Assembly: GCA_944358775.1 (NCBI GenBank)
Contig: CALVRU010000002.1
Coordinates: 7,138-71,137 of the forward strand
Reading direction: 5' to 3'
Origin: an uncultured Bacilli bacterium
Lineage (GTDB): Bacteria; Bacillota_I; Bacilli_A; RF39; UBA660
DNA length: 64,000 nt
The notes under the pieces are model-generated. The model was not told where the DNA came from and made no database searches. It saw nothing but the letters and a program-made list of their open reading frames with translations. Below, in pieces: positions 21,100 to 31,755 of this stretch (position 1 is its first letter; each line of letters opens with the position of its first letter). The position numbers and the translations under genes were made by a program.

Positions 21100-21404
21100 C
21101 CTGTCTTTTTCCTTTCAACCTTTTTATTCTCTTTATTATTATAACGAATTTTTATTAATTTTACAATTCTAATCCGTGAATAACTAGAAAAAGTCAAAGG
21201 GATGGCATAGAAGAGGAATAGAAAAACATATAATAAAGTGCCAGACGTTTTTGGCAAAAGGAAATTCATAGTGTTTATGGTTTCCTTTTTTTTGTAAAGT
21301 CTTGTCAAGGTCTAGGAAGAAATATGGAAACGATGGAAAAGAAAAGTGATTTTTGATATAATAAGATAGAAATAGAGTCGAAGATTGTCGAAAGGAGGAA
21401 GAAA

Positions 21405-24062
21405 ATGAAAAAAAGATATGCTATCTTATTTGCCATGGGATTGTTTCTTTTACCGTTTCTTTCTCCGCGGGCACTTACTCATGATGAATTGCAAAGTTAT
21501 AATGAATGCGGTTCCAGTCCTTTCGAACTAGCGTACGCGAATGCCGATGGGACACTTTCTTTAAAGAGTTGTTACAATAGTTATCAAGAAGCGAAAACAG
21601 CGATGGATAATAGTACGGAAGCAGGAAGTGATAATTTGGTTATCATCCATTTTGCTTCGCCGACTAGAATTGTCGATGCAAAATATGCATTATTAAACTT
21701 AAATACCAAAGGCAACAGCAATGCCTATTTATATCCGACCGAAAGTTCTACTTCCTACAATAACTATATCAATGGATATAGTGCTTTTTATGCAACGGAT
21801 GCTGCTTATTTAGGGTATGTGTCAGGAAATGGACGGGCGAAATTAAAAATCAGTGGTTATACTGGATATATCGATAAATTTGATTCAAGTAGTGCGAGAC
21901 AATACGATATTGTTCCACTTTCTTGGGTAAAAGTATCGAGTTATTATAAGGTGACGGAGCAGGAGATTCAACATTGTTTGACGCAAAGTGTTTATGGCAA
22001 TATGAAGAACTATTGTATTGCGTTTGGACCAAAACCTAGTCAATTGAATGTTGGCACTTATTATAGTTACGACGGAAACTATTTTTATCAAAATCAAAAA
22101 GTAATGTTAAACGATTATCGAAATGGTAATACGAACAATGCGATCAATGCCAATGACCCATATTATAACTTTTATTTATATAATTCTTTCCGAACGAAAA
22201 CCAATTACGACGGTAGTGACATTGATCAGTATTTATCTTTTTTAGGATACAATGCTCAGAATTCTAAAATGTATGGCTATGGAGCATACTTTGTTGATGC
22301 TCAAGAAAAATATGGTACTAATGCAGCGATGATGTTTGCCATCGGAGCGAATGAATCGGCTTTTGGAACAAGTGCTTTAGCAAAAAATAAAAACAATTTA
22401 TTTGGTCTTAATGCGATCGATGGTTCCGCTTATGGATCCGGGTCTACTTATTCTAGCATTGAGGGCTGTATTTATGATTTTTCCTATGGATGGCTTTCTT
22501 ATAAATTTTTACAACCAGGAGATTACCAAGGAAGATGGAATGGTTCCAACTTTGGTAATAAAAGTCAGGGAATCAATGTAAAATATGCTTCTGATCCATA
22601 TTGGGGGGAAAAGGCTGCGCAGTATTATTATAAATTAGATGCTTATTATCAATTCCAAGATTATAATGCATTCCAACTCGCCGTTTTAAATAGCGACTAT
22701 AGTAATACCGTATACCCGAAAAAAGGCGCTACGATGGGATCTTATAATGTCTCGAGTAAGTATTATCAATTTACGAAAAAGAATGTACCGATTGTCATAG
22801 TAGAAGAAGTGCAAGGGGATAACGTTTTAGGAAATACCACTTGGTACAAAATTATGCCGGATCCAGTATTAGACCAAGATTTAGAATATATTGGCTCATC
22901 GACGAGTAATCCACGGTATGAATACATTTGGGATCGTTATGTCTATGTGCCAGCTGCTTATTTTATGAAGATCAATGTAGCAAATCAAGGTGAAGGACCA
23001 GTGGATCCAACTCCAGATCCAGAACCAGAACCTACTCCAGAGCCGACTCCAGATCCTACTCCAAATCCACCTTCGGATGGAATTCAACCATCGACCCAGA
23101 ACGATCTTGCTAGTATCACGAATATTGGAAATAGCCTTTATTATTTTAATACATTCGAAATGCAAGAAAACAAATTGATTATCAGTGGATTCATGGCGAT
23201 TACGGGAAGAGATAATGCTATTACAAGTGATATTGCTCATTATCTTATTCTTCATAATAATACAACTTCGGAAGAATACTATTACAAGTTAGATCGTTGG
23301 ACGAGTGGCTATCCATTTGAAATGACCAATTCGGATGAGAGTGTTGCCTATAATTATCAAGGCGGTTGGTTCCAAGGAACACTTGACTTAAGTTCTATAA
23401 AAGAAGGAGATTACAGTGTTCAAATTCAAATGAAAAATGGTGATGTAAAATCAATTCGTAATTTTAATAACTTGTTTGGAAAAGACATGACGAGAAAACA
23501 TACCACATCTTCTAGAAGAGGATATCATTTTCAAATGAATTATTACGATAAAACAGTACCACTAGAACTATTTATCCGTAATCAAGGTTTAATTTCTTCG
23601 GTAAATCCACCGACTTTAGATACGATGTATAATTCATTTACGCAATTAAATTTTGATGGCACGAATCTTCATATTCGTGGTAATTCTCACAATATTGGAG
23701 TAGACTACGGCGTTGGTCAAAATGTCGTACGGTCGATCATTTTAGAAAATGTAAATACCTTTGAACGTTATAGTTATAATGTAGGCTCAATTACAAATGG
23801 AGATTATACGATTGATCTACGCGTTTCCGATGGAAAAGATAAAACGAGAGCTTGGTATGATGCTTCGCTTAATTTGGCCTCTCTTCCAAGTGGAACGTAT
23901 GCGATCTATGTGAAAACAGCGTCCGATGGACACGAAGACTACAGCGAGCTAAATGATATTGCTTACAAGACAATTGATGCCGAAACGACAATCAATAATC
24001 ATCGTGCTTATGTAAGAAGAGTAGATGAAAAAAGATTCCGTATTGAATTAGTAATAGAATAA
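21405..24062 (+). CDS. secreted peptidoglycan hydrolase, GH73 N-acetylglucosaminidase family, with a Pro-rich linker and C-terminal beta-rich repeats
   Basis: It has a signal peptide. The GH73 core reads MMFAIGANESAFGTSALAKNKNNLFGLNA...YASDPYWGEKAA. A linker PTPDPEPEPTPEPTPDPTPNPP follows. Confidence 0.7.
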   Translation: MKKRYAILFAMGLFLLPFLSPRALTHDELQSYNECGSSPFELAYANADGTLSLKSCYNSYQEAKTAMDNSTEAGSDNLVIIHFASPTRIVDAKYALLNLNTKGNSNAYLYPTESSTSYNNYINGYSAFYATDAAYLGYVSGNGRAKLKISGYTGYIDKFDSSSARQYDIVPLSWVKVSSYYKVTEQEIQHCLTQSVYGNMKNYCIAFGPKPSQLNVGTYYSYDGNYFYQNQKVMLNDYRNGNTNNAINANDPYYNFYLYNSFRTKTNYDGSDIDQYLSFLGYNAQNSKMYGYGAYFVDAQEKYGTNAAMMFAIGANESAFGTSALAKNKNNLFGLNAIDGSAYGSGSTYSSIEGCIYDFSYGWLSYKFLQPGDYQGRWNGSNFGNKSQGINVKYASDPYWGEKAAQYYYKLDAYYQFQDYNAFQLAVLNSDYSNTVYPKKGATMGSYNVSSKYYQFTKKNVPIVIVEEVQGDNVLGNTTWYKIMPDPVLDQDLEYIGSSTSNPRYEYIWDRYVYVPAAYFMKINVANQGEGPVDPTPDPEPEPTPEPTPDPTPNPPSDGIQPSTQNDLASITNIGNSLYYFNTFEMQENKLIISGFMAITGRDNAITSDIAHYLILHNNTTSEEYYYKLDRWTSGYPFEMTNSDESVAYNYQGGWFQGTLDLSSIKEGDYSVQIQMKNGDVKSIRNFNNLFGKDMTRKHTTSSRRGYHFQMNYYDKTVPLELFIRNQGLISSVNPPTLDTMYNSFTQLNFDGTNLHIRGNSHNIGVDYGVGQNVVRSIILENVNTFERYSYNVGSITNGDYTIDLRVSDGKDKTRAWYDASLNLASLPSGTYAIYVKTASDGHEDYSELNDIAYKTIDAETTINNHRAYVRRVDEKRFRIELVIE

Positions 24063-24136
24063 GAATCAAGTTCTTATTCTTTTCTTTTATCCAGATAAAA
24101 AAGAAATATTGCTTGAAAAATAGCTTTCAAAAAAAA

Positions 24137-24172
24137 GAATTGGGACTTTGCCAATTCTTTTCTTATTTGCTA
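24137..24172 (+). terminator. Rho-independent terminator
   Basis: Hairpin AAGAATTGG-gactttg-CCAATTCTT followed by TTCTTATTT. Confidence 0.55.
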
Positions 24173-24182
24173 TGTTAAATTC

Positions 24183-24572
24183 ATGAAAAACAATGAGTTA
24201 CAATTTTTATGGAAAAATCAAGAAGAAGTACGTGTTCTATTTTGGCAAGCATTAAAAAAGTTGTTTCAAATAGAGAAGGAAGAGCAAGAAATGGTATTTT
24301 TTCAAAATCGCGAGATGATTATTTACTTAAGATATGCCAAACAAATCATTATTGTTACAACGCAATATGGTAAAACGCGATATATGCAAGAACAACATCG
24401 GATCAATAGCACTTTAATCAGCTGTCTTGTCATTCATCTACCACAATATATCGATTGTTGGAAAGAGGGGATTTTAAAAAAAGAAGAAGCAATTTTTGTA
24501 TATCTCATAAGTAATCCGACCGAGACGATTTTATTGCTAGAAGAATATCCTTATTTACCATCAAAAAAATAG
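24183..24572 (+). CDS. hypothetical protein
   Basis: The 129-aa ORF is followed by its own hairpin TAGTAGC-tta-GCTACTA (24573-24592). It has no clear RBS, so this is a weak call. Confidence 0.3.
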   Translation: MKNNELQFLWKNQEEVRVLFWQALKKLFQIEKEEQEMVFFQNREMIIYLRYAKQIIIVTTQYGKTRYMQEQHRINSTLISCLVIHLPQYIDCWKEGILKKEEAIFVYLISNPTETILLLEEYPYLPSKK

Positions 24573-24583
24573 TAGCTTAGCTA

Positions 24584-26491
24584 CTATTTTCCAACATAGA
24601 TCGTATAAGTGTTTCCTTCGATAAAGGTGTTGTTACCAGCTTTAATTGGGGAATCTTGAGTAATTAATCCTGGTCCCGTATTGACGTCTTTTAATACGAT
24701 GTTGAAATTGACACCTGGACAAGCCGCACTTAATTTCGATTTTAAAGTAGATTGCGTTGTACTAGGTTCACCAGCTTTCATCCAAGTATCTTGAATAAAT
24801 ACGGTACAACGAGAAGCAGGACCTTTACTTAAAGTAATCGTTATACTTGTTCCTTTTCCAACTGTCGTACCAGAGCGCTTCGATTGCTTTGTCGCAATAT
24901 CTTTGCTAACCGTATCACTAAAGGAACCATAAGTGAATTTACAAGATAGTCCTAAAGAAGAACATTTTTGTCGAATTGCCGATTTACTACTACCGACAAA
25001 ATTTGGAATCTCGATCGAAGCACCCATTGAAATAACAATTTGAATCGTGTCGTTGTTTTTAATAATATCGCCTTCCTGATGAGAAATTCGAATAATCTGA
25101 CCACTTGGAACACTATCGTTAAATTCTTGTTCCTGTTGATAAGGAATACCATAACTATCCGCCCAAGCTTTGAATTCAGCGAATGTCGTAAATTTTCCCA
25201 TTTTTAAAGGTCCTTTCGAAATTGTAATTTCAACTAATGCTCCTTCTTCGATCGCATCGCCTTCCTTGTGACTAGCACTTACAACTTTACCAAGTTCTAC
25301 GGTATCATCATAGACTTCCGTGAAATTGATTTTTAAATTGTTTTCAACGACCCAAGCCGTAATTTCATCTACACTCATGGAAAGTAGGTTAGGAACCGAG
25401 ATCTTCGGTCCTTTCGAAATCGTCAACGTGATGACCAAAGAAGCATCTTTTGGATCGACTGTCGTACCTTCACTGACACTTTGATTTAAGACATTGCCTT
25501 TGCGAACCGTATCACTATATTCATAGAGTAATTCGAATTTTAAACCATTTCGTTTTAACCAGGTAGTAGCTTGGAAAGAAGAAAGGCCGACTAAATTTTT
25601 CATATCAGTAGGTAATAGTTCTTCCTCAGAACCCAAACTAGCGATAAAATGAATCGCCGCGTTTCTCTTCATTTGACCGGATACATCTTGATTGATAATC
25701 GTATCGCGTGCACTATCACTAAACTCAAAATCAATCGTGACATTACTTAAGAAGTTTTCATCGATAAAAGTTAAGACATCATCGACATTCCATCCTAACA
25801 TGCTAGGAAGAATAAAATCTTTATCATAATTTGGTCCATCAGAAATCGTAACTTGTAACGTATCTACTTTTTTCACTAAAGTTCCCGGATCTACATTTTG
25901 ACTGATTACATGATAAGGTTCAATCGCATCGCTGTATTCGTAGTTTTGCTCGAGGGTAATGTTATTTTCACTAGCCCAAGCAACTACTTCAGTTAAATTT
26001 TTATTCGTAAAGTTTTCGACATACTTTTGTGTCGGTACTTTAATAAAACCTATTTCACACCCTAATTGAAATCCACTGAAACAAGTAAGTAGAAAACTGG
26101 AAATGATGAGAAAGGATTGTCCTTTTTTGTTGTCCGCAAATAAACCGGTAAAAATAAAAAACAAAGAGAAAAACGTTAACAAACCGGTTGCAATGATCGT
26201 CGACATTTGATTGACTAGATCACTGCTAGTTAGGACGGTATAAATAAAGTAACAGACAGTCGTTACAAAAGAGAGCGCTAGAAAAAAGTAGGCAACTTGT
26301 TGTTTGAGTGAAACTTTTATCTTTCTTTTTTTCTTTTCGGAAAGTGTTGTTTCGGTTGGAACAACTTCTTTCATGGTTACTTCTTCTTTCTCTATATTCT
26401 GTTTTTCATCCCAAAAATTCGAGTCCTTTTCGTTCGTTTCTACTTCTATTTTGTGATGTACATCTTTTTTTCTTGTATTCTTTTTTGCCAT
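24584..26491 (-). CDS. membrane protein with about five tandem PASTA domains and no kinase or transpeptidase domain
   Basis: Three N-terminal TM helices are followed by repeated PASTA units (…PNLLSMSVDEITAWVVENNLKINFTEVYDDTV…ITISKGP…). Confidence 0.65.
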   Translation of the reverse strand: MAKKNTRKKDVHHKIEVETNEKDSNFWDEKQNIEKEEVTMKEVVPTETTLSEKKKRKIKVSLKQQVAYFFLALSFVTTVCYFIYTVLTSSDLVNQMSTIIATGLLTFFSLFFIFTGLFADNKKGQSFLIISSFLLTCFSGFQLGCEIGFIKVPTQKYVENFTNKNLTEVVAWASENNITLEQNYEYSDAIEPYHVISQNVDPGTLVKKVDTLQVTISDGPNYDKDFILPSMLGWNVDDVLTFIDENFLSNVTIDFEFSDSARDTIINQDVSGQMKRNAAIHFIASLGSEEELLPTDMKNLVGLSSFQATTWLKRNGLKFELLYEYSDTVRKGNVLNQSVSEGTTVDPKDASLVITLTISKGPKISVPNLLSMSVDEITAWVVENNLKINFTEVYDDTVELGKVVSASHKEGDAIEEGALVEITISKGPLKMGKFTTFAEFKAWADSYGIPYQQEQEFNDSVPSGQIIRISHQEGDIIKNNDTIQIVISMGASIEIPNFVGSSKSAIRQKCSSLGLSCKFTYGSFSDTVSKDIATKQSKRSGTTVGKGTSITITLSKGPASRCTVFIQDTWMKAGEPSTTQSTLKSKLSAACPGVNFNIVLKDVNTGPGLITQDSPIKAGNNTFIEGNTYTIYVGK

Positions 26492-26618
26492 AGTACCACC
26501 TCTAGTATAATTATATAATAAATCCTAGAGAATAGGTATCTTTAGTTATAAATTACCAATAAAAAAGTGTCGAAAATTGTCAGGTAAAATGGTATAATAG
26601 GACAAAAGGAGAGCGATA

Positions 26619-28514
26619 GTGATGAAAAAATGGTTAACCAAGTTCTTCGAAAATCAAATCGTTACGAATATCTTAATTGTTTTAGGAACGTTCTTCACTT
26701 TTGGAATTCTAGATTTAGGAATTCGCTTTTTCTCGAATCAATATACCAATTTTTATGGTTGGACACATGCTTCGCCATTTTTCTTTACGATTAGTTGGAT
26801 TTTTTTCTTTTTGATGGTGTTATATTTATTACCAAAAAAAATGAGAATTATTACTTATAGTATTTTAACTGGGATTTTTAATATTTTGGTATTAGCCCAG
26901 ATGATTCATCAGAAAATATTAGGAAGATTTTTTGGTATCTATGATCTTTTTTTGGCAGGAGAAGGTGCTGGATACTTCATGGCTGCCCTAAAACAAATTA
27001 CGCCTGCTATGATTCTTTTGTTTTTCTTATCGATTCTATCTTGTGTTGTCGTTTGTTTGATCATCCATTTTCAAAAAGAGCCCATCAAAACACGCAAGTA
27101 TTATTTTATTGTTCTAGCCCTTGGATTATGTGGCTTTACTTGCTTTCGACTCATGGCAATTGATCGATTGGGCGAAAAAACAGAAGCCAATGCATGGGAT
27201 CGTTGGAATAATGTAAAAGATGTGTATCTCGATTTTAATAATCAATCGAAAAATATGGAGGTAGCTGGACTATATGAAATGACCTTTCGGAATATCGATA
27301 TTTATATCAAAGATCAATTTCAATCGAAAGAAAATTTAAAAATAGAAGTAGATGATTATTTTAATTCACAAGCATTAGAAGTATCCAATATCGAAGAAGA
27401 AGTTGGACAAAATGAGTATACTGGTCTTTTCAAAGATAAAAACCTAATTTTTATCATGCTCGAGAGCATCGATAGTTGGTTGGTCGATGATGAAGTGATG
27501 CCAACATTATCTTATCTTGAGAAAACAGGCTGGAATTTTACGAATCGTTATGCTCCTGCGTTTGGCGGTGGCATGACGTTCAATAGTGAATTTGCAGCCA
27601 ATACGGGACTTTATTCGATTAACAATGGTCAAGCTTCTTATAATTTTGATAACAATGCATATCCATATTCTTTACCGAGTTTATTCGTTAACAATGGTTA
27701 TCGGACAAATTCGATTCACGTAAACTATGGGAATTTTTATAATCGTAGTAGTATTCACAAAGCGATCGGTTACCAAAACCATTTTGCATTACAGGATTTA
27801 TATGGAAATGATGAAGTGAACTATTTTTATGATAGTAATCTAGTAAAACAGGAAGGATCATATCGTCTCATCGTTCCAGAAACGGATCAATTTATGAGTT
27901 TTGTCATCACGTACACGGCACACATGCCATATGATAATTCAAACGATAAATGTGTGAATAACCCATATCAGTTACAGGTAGAGGGAGATGAAGCTCTCTC
28001 GTGCATTCGCAATTTAGCCAAAGATACCGATGAATTTTTGAAAGAATTGCTAATGCGTCTCGATCAGGAACATCGTTTAGAAGACACGGTCTTGATTTTG
28101 TTTACTGATCATTATACCTATGCTTATCCAAATATACAATTCGTATACGAACAGAAAGCAAGTGACAATACGAATCTTTTACAAAATGTTCCATTCTTTA
28201 TTTGGAGTAAAGATATTACGCCAAAACAAATCGATACTCTAATGTCGACGACAGATATCTTGCCGACAATTGCCAATCTATTTGGCCTAGAAGGATATGA
28301 TCCAGATCATTATCTTTCGAGTGACGTATTTAGTATACGCCATCCAAATTATGTATACTTTGCAGATAACAGTTGGTACGATGGAACGTTGTATTACCAT
28401 GGTCAAGAAGTTTCCGAAGAATTGCAAGAATATGTTTCAAAAATATCAACGGAAGTACAGACAAAAATAAAAATTAATGAAGATATTTTATTAAGCGATT
28501 ATTATAAAAAGTAA
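26619..28514 (+). CDS. LTA synthase / sulfatase-fold family protein (second paralog)
   Basis: A polytopic N-terminus precedes an extracellular sulfatase-like domain (FIMLESIDSWLVDDEVMPTL...APAFGGGMTFNSEFAANTGLYS). Confidence 0.75.
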   Translation: MMKKWLTKFFENQIVTNILIVLGTFFTFGILDLGIRFFSNQYTNFYGWTHASPFFFTISWIFFFLMVLYLLPKKMRIITYSILTGIFNILVLAQMIHQKILGRFFGIYDLFLAGEGAGYFMAALKQITPAMILLFFLSILSCVVVCLIIHFQKEPIKTRKYYFIVLALGLCGFTCFRLMAIDRLGEKTEANAWDRWNNVKDVYLDFNNQSKNMEVAGLYEMTFRNIDIYIKDQFQSKENLKIEVDDYFNSQALEVSNIEEEVGQNEYTGLFKDKNLIFIMLESIDSWLVDDEVMPTLSYLEKTGWNFTNRYAPAFGGGMTFNSEFAANTGLYSINNGQASYNFDNNAYPYSLPSLFVNNGYRTNSIHVNYGNFYNRSSIHKAIGYQNHFALQDLYGNDEVNYFYDSNLVKQEGSYRLIVPETDQFMSFVITYTAHMPYDNSNDKCVNNPYQLQVEGDEALSCIRNLAKDTDEFLKELLMRLDQEHRLEDTVLILFTDHYTYAYPNIQFVYEQKASDNTNLLQNVPFFIWSKDITPKQIDTLMSTTDILPTIANLFGLEGYDPDHYLSSDVFSIRHPNYVYFADNSWYDGTLYYHGQEVSEELQEYVSKISTEVQTKIKINEDILLSDYYKK

Positions 28515-28520
28515 ATACCT

Positions 28521-28550
28521 AAGAATTCAGCTTTTCTGAATTCTTTTTAT
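28521..28550 (+). terminator. Rho-independent terminator
   Basis: Hairpin AGAATTCAG-ctttt-CTGAATTCT followed by TTTTATG. Confidence 0.5.
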
Positions 28551-28576
28551 GTTATAATAAAAAAAGAGGTGTACTT

Positions 28577-29872
28577 ATGACAAAGATAAATCAATGGATT
28601 GAAAAATATATATTACAGATTGTTACTGTTTTCTTGTTCTGTCAACCATTACTCGATGTATTAACCTCATTTTCACTTCATTATATGACGTTACCGGTAA
28701 CGATTGGGACTATTTTTCGACTATTGTTTTTAGGCTTTTTACTTTATTATTTTGTATTTATTAACAAAGATAGTACAAAGAAAAAAAGTTTTTGGTATCT
28801 CAGTATATTATTTCTATATCTAGCTTCCTTTTTGATTATCGTAATTTTAAAGAAGGATGCGAGTGTATTTCTTTATGAAGCACAAGGAGCGCTTCGAACT
28901 TTCTATTTTCCGATTCTATTAATTCTATTAATGCCGATTTTAAAACAGAAAACAGTTTTGACTGGTAAGCAATATGTAGCGATTATGATGATCTATGTGC
29001 TATTTATTATTTTACCTATTTTGACGAACACCGGCTTTGATAGTTACACCCAAGGCAAAGTAGGGAATATAGGATGGTTCCATTCGACAAATGAAATCAG
29101 TGCGATTCTTTCTATCCTCTTGCCGTTTTGTATGAATCAGTTTACCACAAGTCCTTCTCAAAAAAGAATATGGATCTATCGTTTGATTTGTTTTCTTCTT
29201 ATTCTAATCGTTTTTTTCTCGTTAGGCACCAAAATGGCGATCGTCTCTCTTGGTGTAGTGTTATGTACTTATGGAATCTATTTCATGATTCAACTTTATC
29301 AAAAAGGAAAAAAGAAAGCGTTAGGTGCAGTCATTGCAACAATTCTAATCGGAATGAGTCTTATTTTCGTATTATTACCCAAAACATCGTTCTATCAAAA
29401 CATCAAAATTCATCTTGAATTTTTAGAAGTCGAAAATCCAATTCAAATCATAACAGATCCTGAGATCTTAGATCACTTTATATTTAGTAGTCGTCTTTCT
29501 TTTTTGGAAACAACAAGTAAAAATTATAATAAAGCAAGTAATATAGAGAAACTATTGGGAATTGGTTATATCGAAAATTATGCGACGGATGAAATGAATA
29601 TGAAAATGATTGAAATGGATCCGTTCGATCTATTCTATCGTCATGGCGTGATTGGCTTTCTATTATTTTTACTCCCATTTTTATATGCCATTGGACAAGC
29701 GATAAAAAGAGAAAAACAAGACAAAGAGATTCGTCATAAAATAGCATTTTACTTAAGTCTCGTCCTTACGATTTTTATGAGCATTTTTACAGGACATGTC
29801 CTAGTGGCGCCGGCAGTCAGTATCTTTGTAGCAGTGGTATTATGGAACGTAAACGAGCGAGAAGTTGCATAA
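28577..29872 (+). CDS. O-antigen ligase / polysaccharide polymerase-like polytopic membrane protein (Wzy_C-type)
   Basis: It has about ten TM helices and a large external loop. It sits at the head of the glycan locus. Confidence 0.5.
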   Translation: MTKINQWIEKYILQIVTVFLFCQPLLDVLTSFSLHYMTLPVTIGTIFRLLFLGFLLYYFVFINKDSTKKKSFWYLSILFLYLASFLIIVILKKDASVFLYEAQGALRTFYFPILLILLMPILKQKTVLTGKQYVAIMMIYVLFIILPILTNTGFDSYTQGKVGNIGWFHSTNEISAILSILLPFCMNQFTTSPSQKRIWIYRLICFLLILIVFFSLGTKMAIVSLGVVLCTYGIYFMIQLYQKGKKKALGAVIATILIGMSLIFVLLPKTSFYQNIKIHLEFLEVENPIQIITDPEILDHFIFSSRLSFLETTSKNYNKASNIEKLLGIGYIENYATDEMNMKMIEMDPFDLFYRHGVIGFLLFLLPFLYAIGQAIKREKQDKEIRHKIAFYLSLVLTIFMSIFTGHVLVAPAVSIFVAVVLWNVNEREVA

Positions 29873-29891
29873 AATAGAAAGAGGTGTCAGA

Positions 29892-30845
29892 ATGAAAAAT
29901 AAAAAAGTAGTTGTCTTAGGGGGAGGTAATGGTTTATCGACCTTACTACGAGGATTAAAACAATTCCCGGTTGATATTACGGCAATTGTTTCGGTGTGTG
30001 ATGATGGTAAAAGTACAGGAAAGATTCGCAAAGAATTCAATTTGCCCGCATTGGGTGATTTAAGAAGAGATTTAATTGCGTTATCGGAAACAGAACCATT
30101 ATTCGAAAAAATGTTTAACTATCGTTTTAAAACAAGTGGTGAGTTAGATGGTCATACGGTCGGAAATATTATTTTAGTTGCTATGACAGAAATGACTGGC
30201 AGTGTTTCCGAAGCCGTAGAAGTCTTAGGAAAAGTATTTAATTTGAAAGGGCAAGTATTCCCGCTAACGGAAGAAAGTAATAATACGCTAATGGCGGAAA
30301 TGGCAGATGGCACAATTGTCGAAGGAGAACATAATATTACCGATGATCATCGAGCTATCAAAAGAGTTTTCTATAAAGAAGAACCTAAAATTACGCCCCA
30401 ATCTTTAAAAGCGATCAAAGAAGCAGATTTAATTATTTTAAGTATAGGCAGTTTATATACGAGTATTATTCCCAATCTATTAAGCCAAGAAATGATTACT
30501 GCAATCGATCAAAGTCAAGCGAAAATCATGTATATTTGTAATATGATGACGCAACCAGGAGAGACGGATCATTATACAGCAAGTGATCATGTTAAAGTAT
30601 TGAATCGTTATCTAGGCACGCACAAAATCGATGTAGTTTTAGCGAACAATGGAACCATTGCAAAATCATTATTAGAAAAATACAAAGTAGAAGAGCAAAA
30701 AGACCCTGTTAAGGTCGATCACGAACAATTAAAAACACTTTCCTTAAAATTAATCGAAGATAATTTTGTAACGATCGAAGATAACATGATCCGTCACGAT
30801 ACGATTCGGCTTGCGCTTCAAATATTTTCTTATCTTTTATCCTAG
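29892..30845 (+). CDS. YvcK-like gluconeogenesis factor (CofD-like UPF0052 family)
   Basis: KKVVVLGGGNGLSTLLRGLKQFPVDITAIVSVCDDGKSTGKIR is the YvcK/CofD signature. The start is the ATG at 29892, after GAAAGAGGTG. Confidence 0.75.
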   Translation: MKNKKVVVLGGGNGLSTLLRGLKQFPVDITAIVSVCDDGKSTGKIRKEFNLPALGDLRRDLIALSETEPLFEKMFNYRFKTSGELDGHTVGNIILVAMTEMTGSVSEAVEVLGKVFNLKGQVFPLTEESNNTLMAEMADGTIVEGEHNITDDHRAIKRVFYKEEPKITPQSLKAIKEADLIILSIGSLYTSIIPNLLSQEMITAIDQSQAKIMYICNMMTQPGETDHYTASDHVKVLNRYLGTHKIDVVLANNGTIAKSLLEKYKVEEQKDPVKVDHEQLKTLSLKLIEDNFVTIEDNMIRHDTIRLALQIFSYLLS

Positions 30846-30854
30846 GGAGGTTTT

Positions 30855-31697
30855 ATGAAGACAGGTTTTATTATTATTAATTATAATGATGCAAAGACGA
30901 CCCAAACCTTGATTGAAAATATTAAAGATTACAAGGTTCTCGATGAAATTGTCATTGTCGATAATGCCTCGACCGATGATTCTTATCAGGTATTACAAAA
31001 ATTAGTAAATTCTAAAATAACCATATTGAAATCTTCTACCAATAAAGGATATGGAGCAGGCATTAATCTTGCTGCCAAATATCTTATCCAAAAATATTCG
31101 AAATGTAATCTAATTATCTCGAATGCAGATATTATCATAAAGAGGGAACAAGACATAAAAGAACTACTAAAATTATTCAAAAAAGATGTTGCCGTCGTGG
31201 CTCCGACGATTATCGAACACAATCAAAAAAACCGTGGCTGGCATTTATCGACGCCTTGGCAGGAAATTGGTCAAAGCATTCCATTTTTATATTCGCGAAT
31301 CGAAAAAAGATATCGTTATTATCAAGCGGAACATTATCAAAAAGAAACAAGCCTTGTCGATGTCGTTTCTGGCTGTTTCTTCCTTATAAATGGACAAGTA
31401 TTAAAAGAAATAGGTTATTTCGATGAAAATGTTTTCCTTTATTATGAAGAAAACATTTTAGCGAGCAAACTAAAAAAAGTAAAGAAAAAAACGGTTATTG
31501 CCAATCATATCGAAGTAATTCATAATCATTCGGTCAGTATCGATAAATCACTTCGTAAATACAAGAAAACGAAAGCATTAAAAAAAAGCCAAGAGTATTT
31601 CACGAAAGAATATCTAGAGGCATCTTTCTTACAAAGATCAATCCTATTTTTGGTAAATCGGCTTAGTCTAGGGATAAAATTCATTTTACAAAAGTAA
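30855..31697 (+). CDS. glycosyltransferase family 2
   Basis: GFIIINYNDAKTT...IVIVDNASTDDS is the GT-A N-terminus. Confidence 0.75.
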   Translation: MKTGFIIINYNDAKTTQTLIENIKDYKVLDEIVIVDNASTDDSYQVLQKLVNSKITILKSSTNKGYGAGINLAAKYLIQKYSKCNLIISNADIIIKREQDIKELLKLFKKDVAVVAPTIIEHNQKNRGWHLSTPWQEIGQSIPFLYSRIEKRYRYYQAEHYQKETSLVDVVSGCFFLINGQVLKEIGYFDENVFLYYEENILASKLKKVKKKTVIANHIEVIHNHSVSIDKSLRKYKKTKALKKSQEYFTKEYLEASFLQRSILFLVNRLSLGIKFILQK

Positions 31698-31755
31698 AGA
31701 AATCTTGTTATAATGAAAATAGATATGAAAAAATAGTAAAAGTAGGGGGATTACT

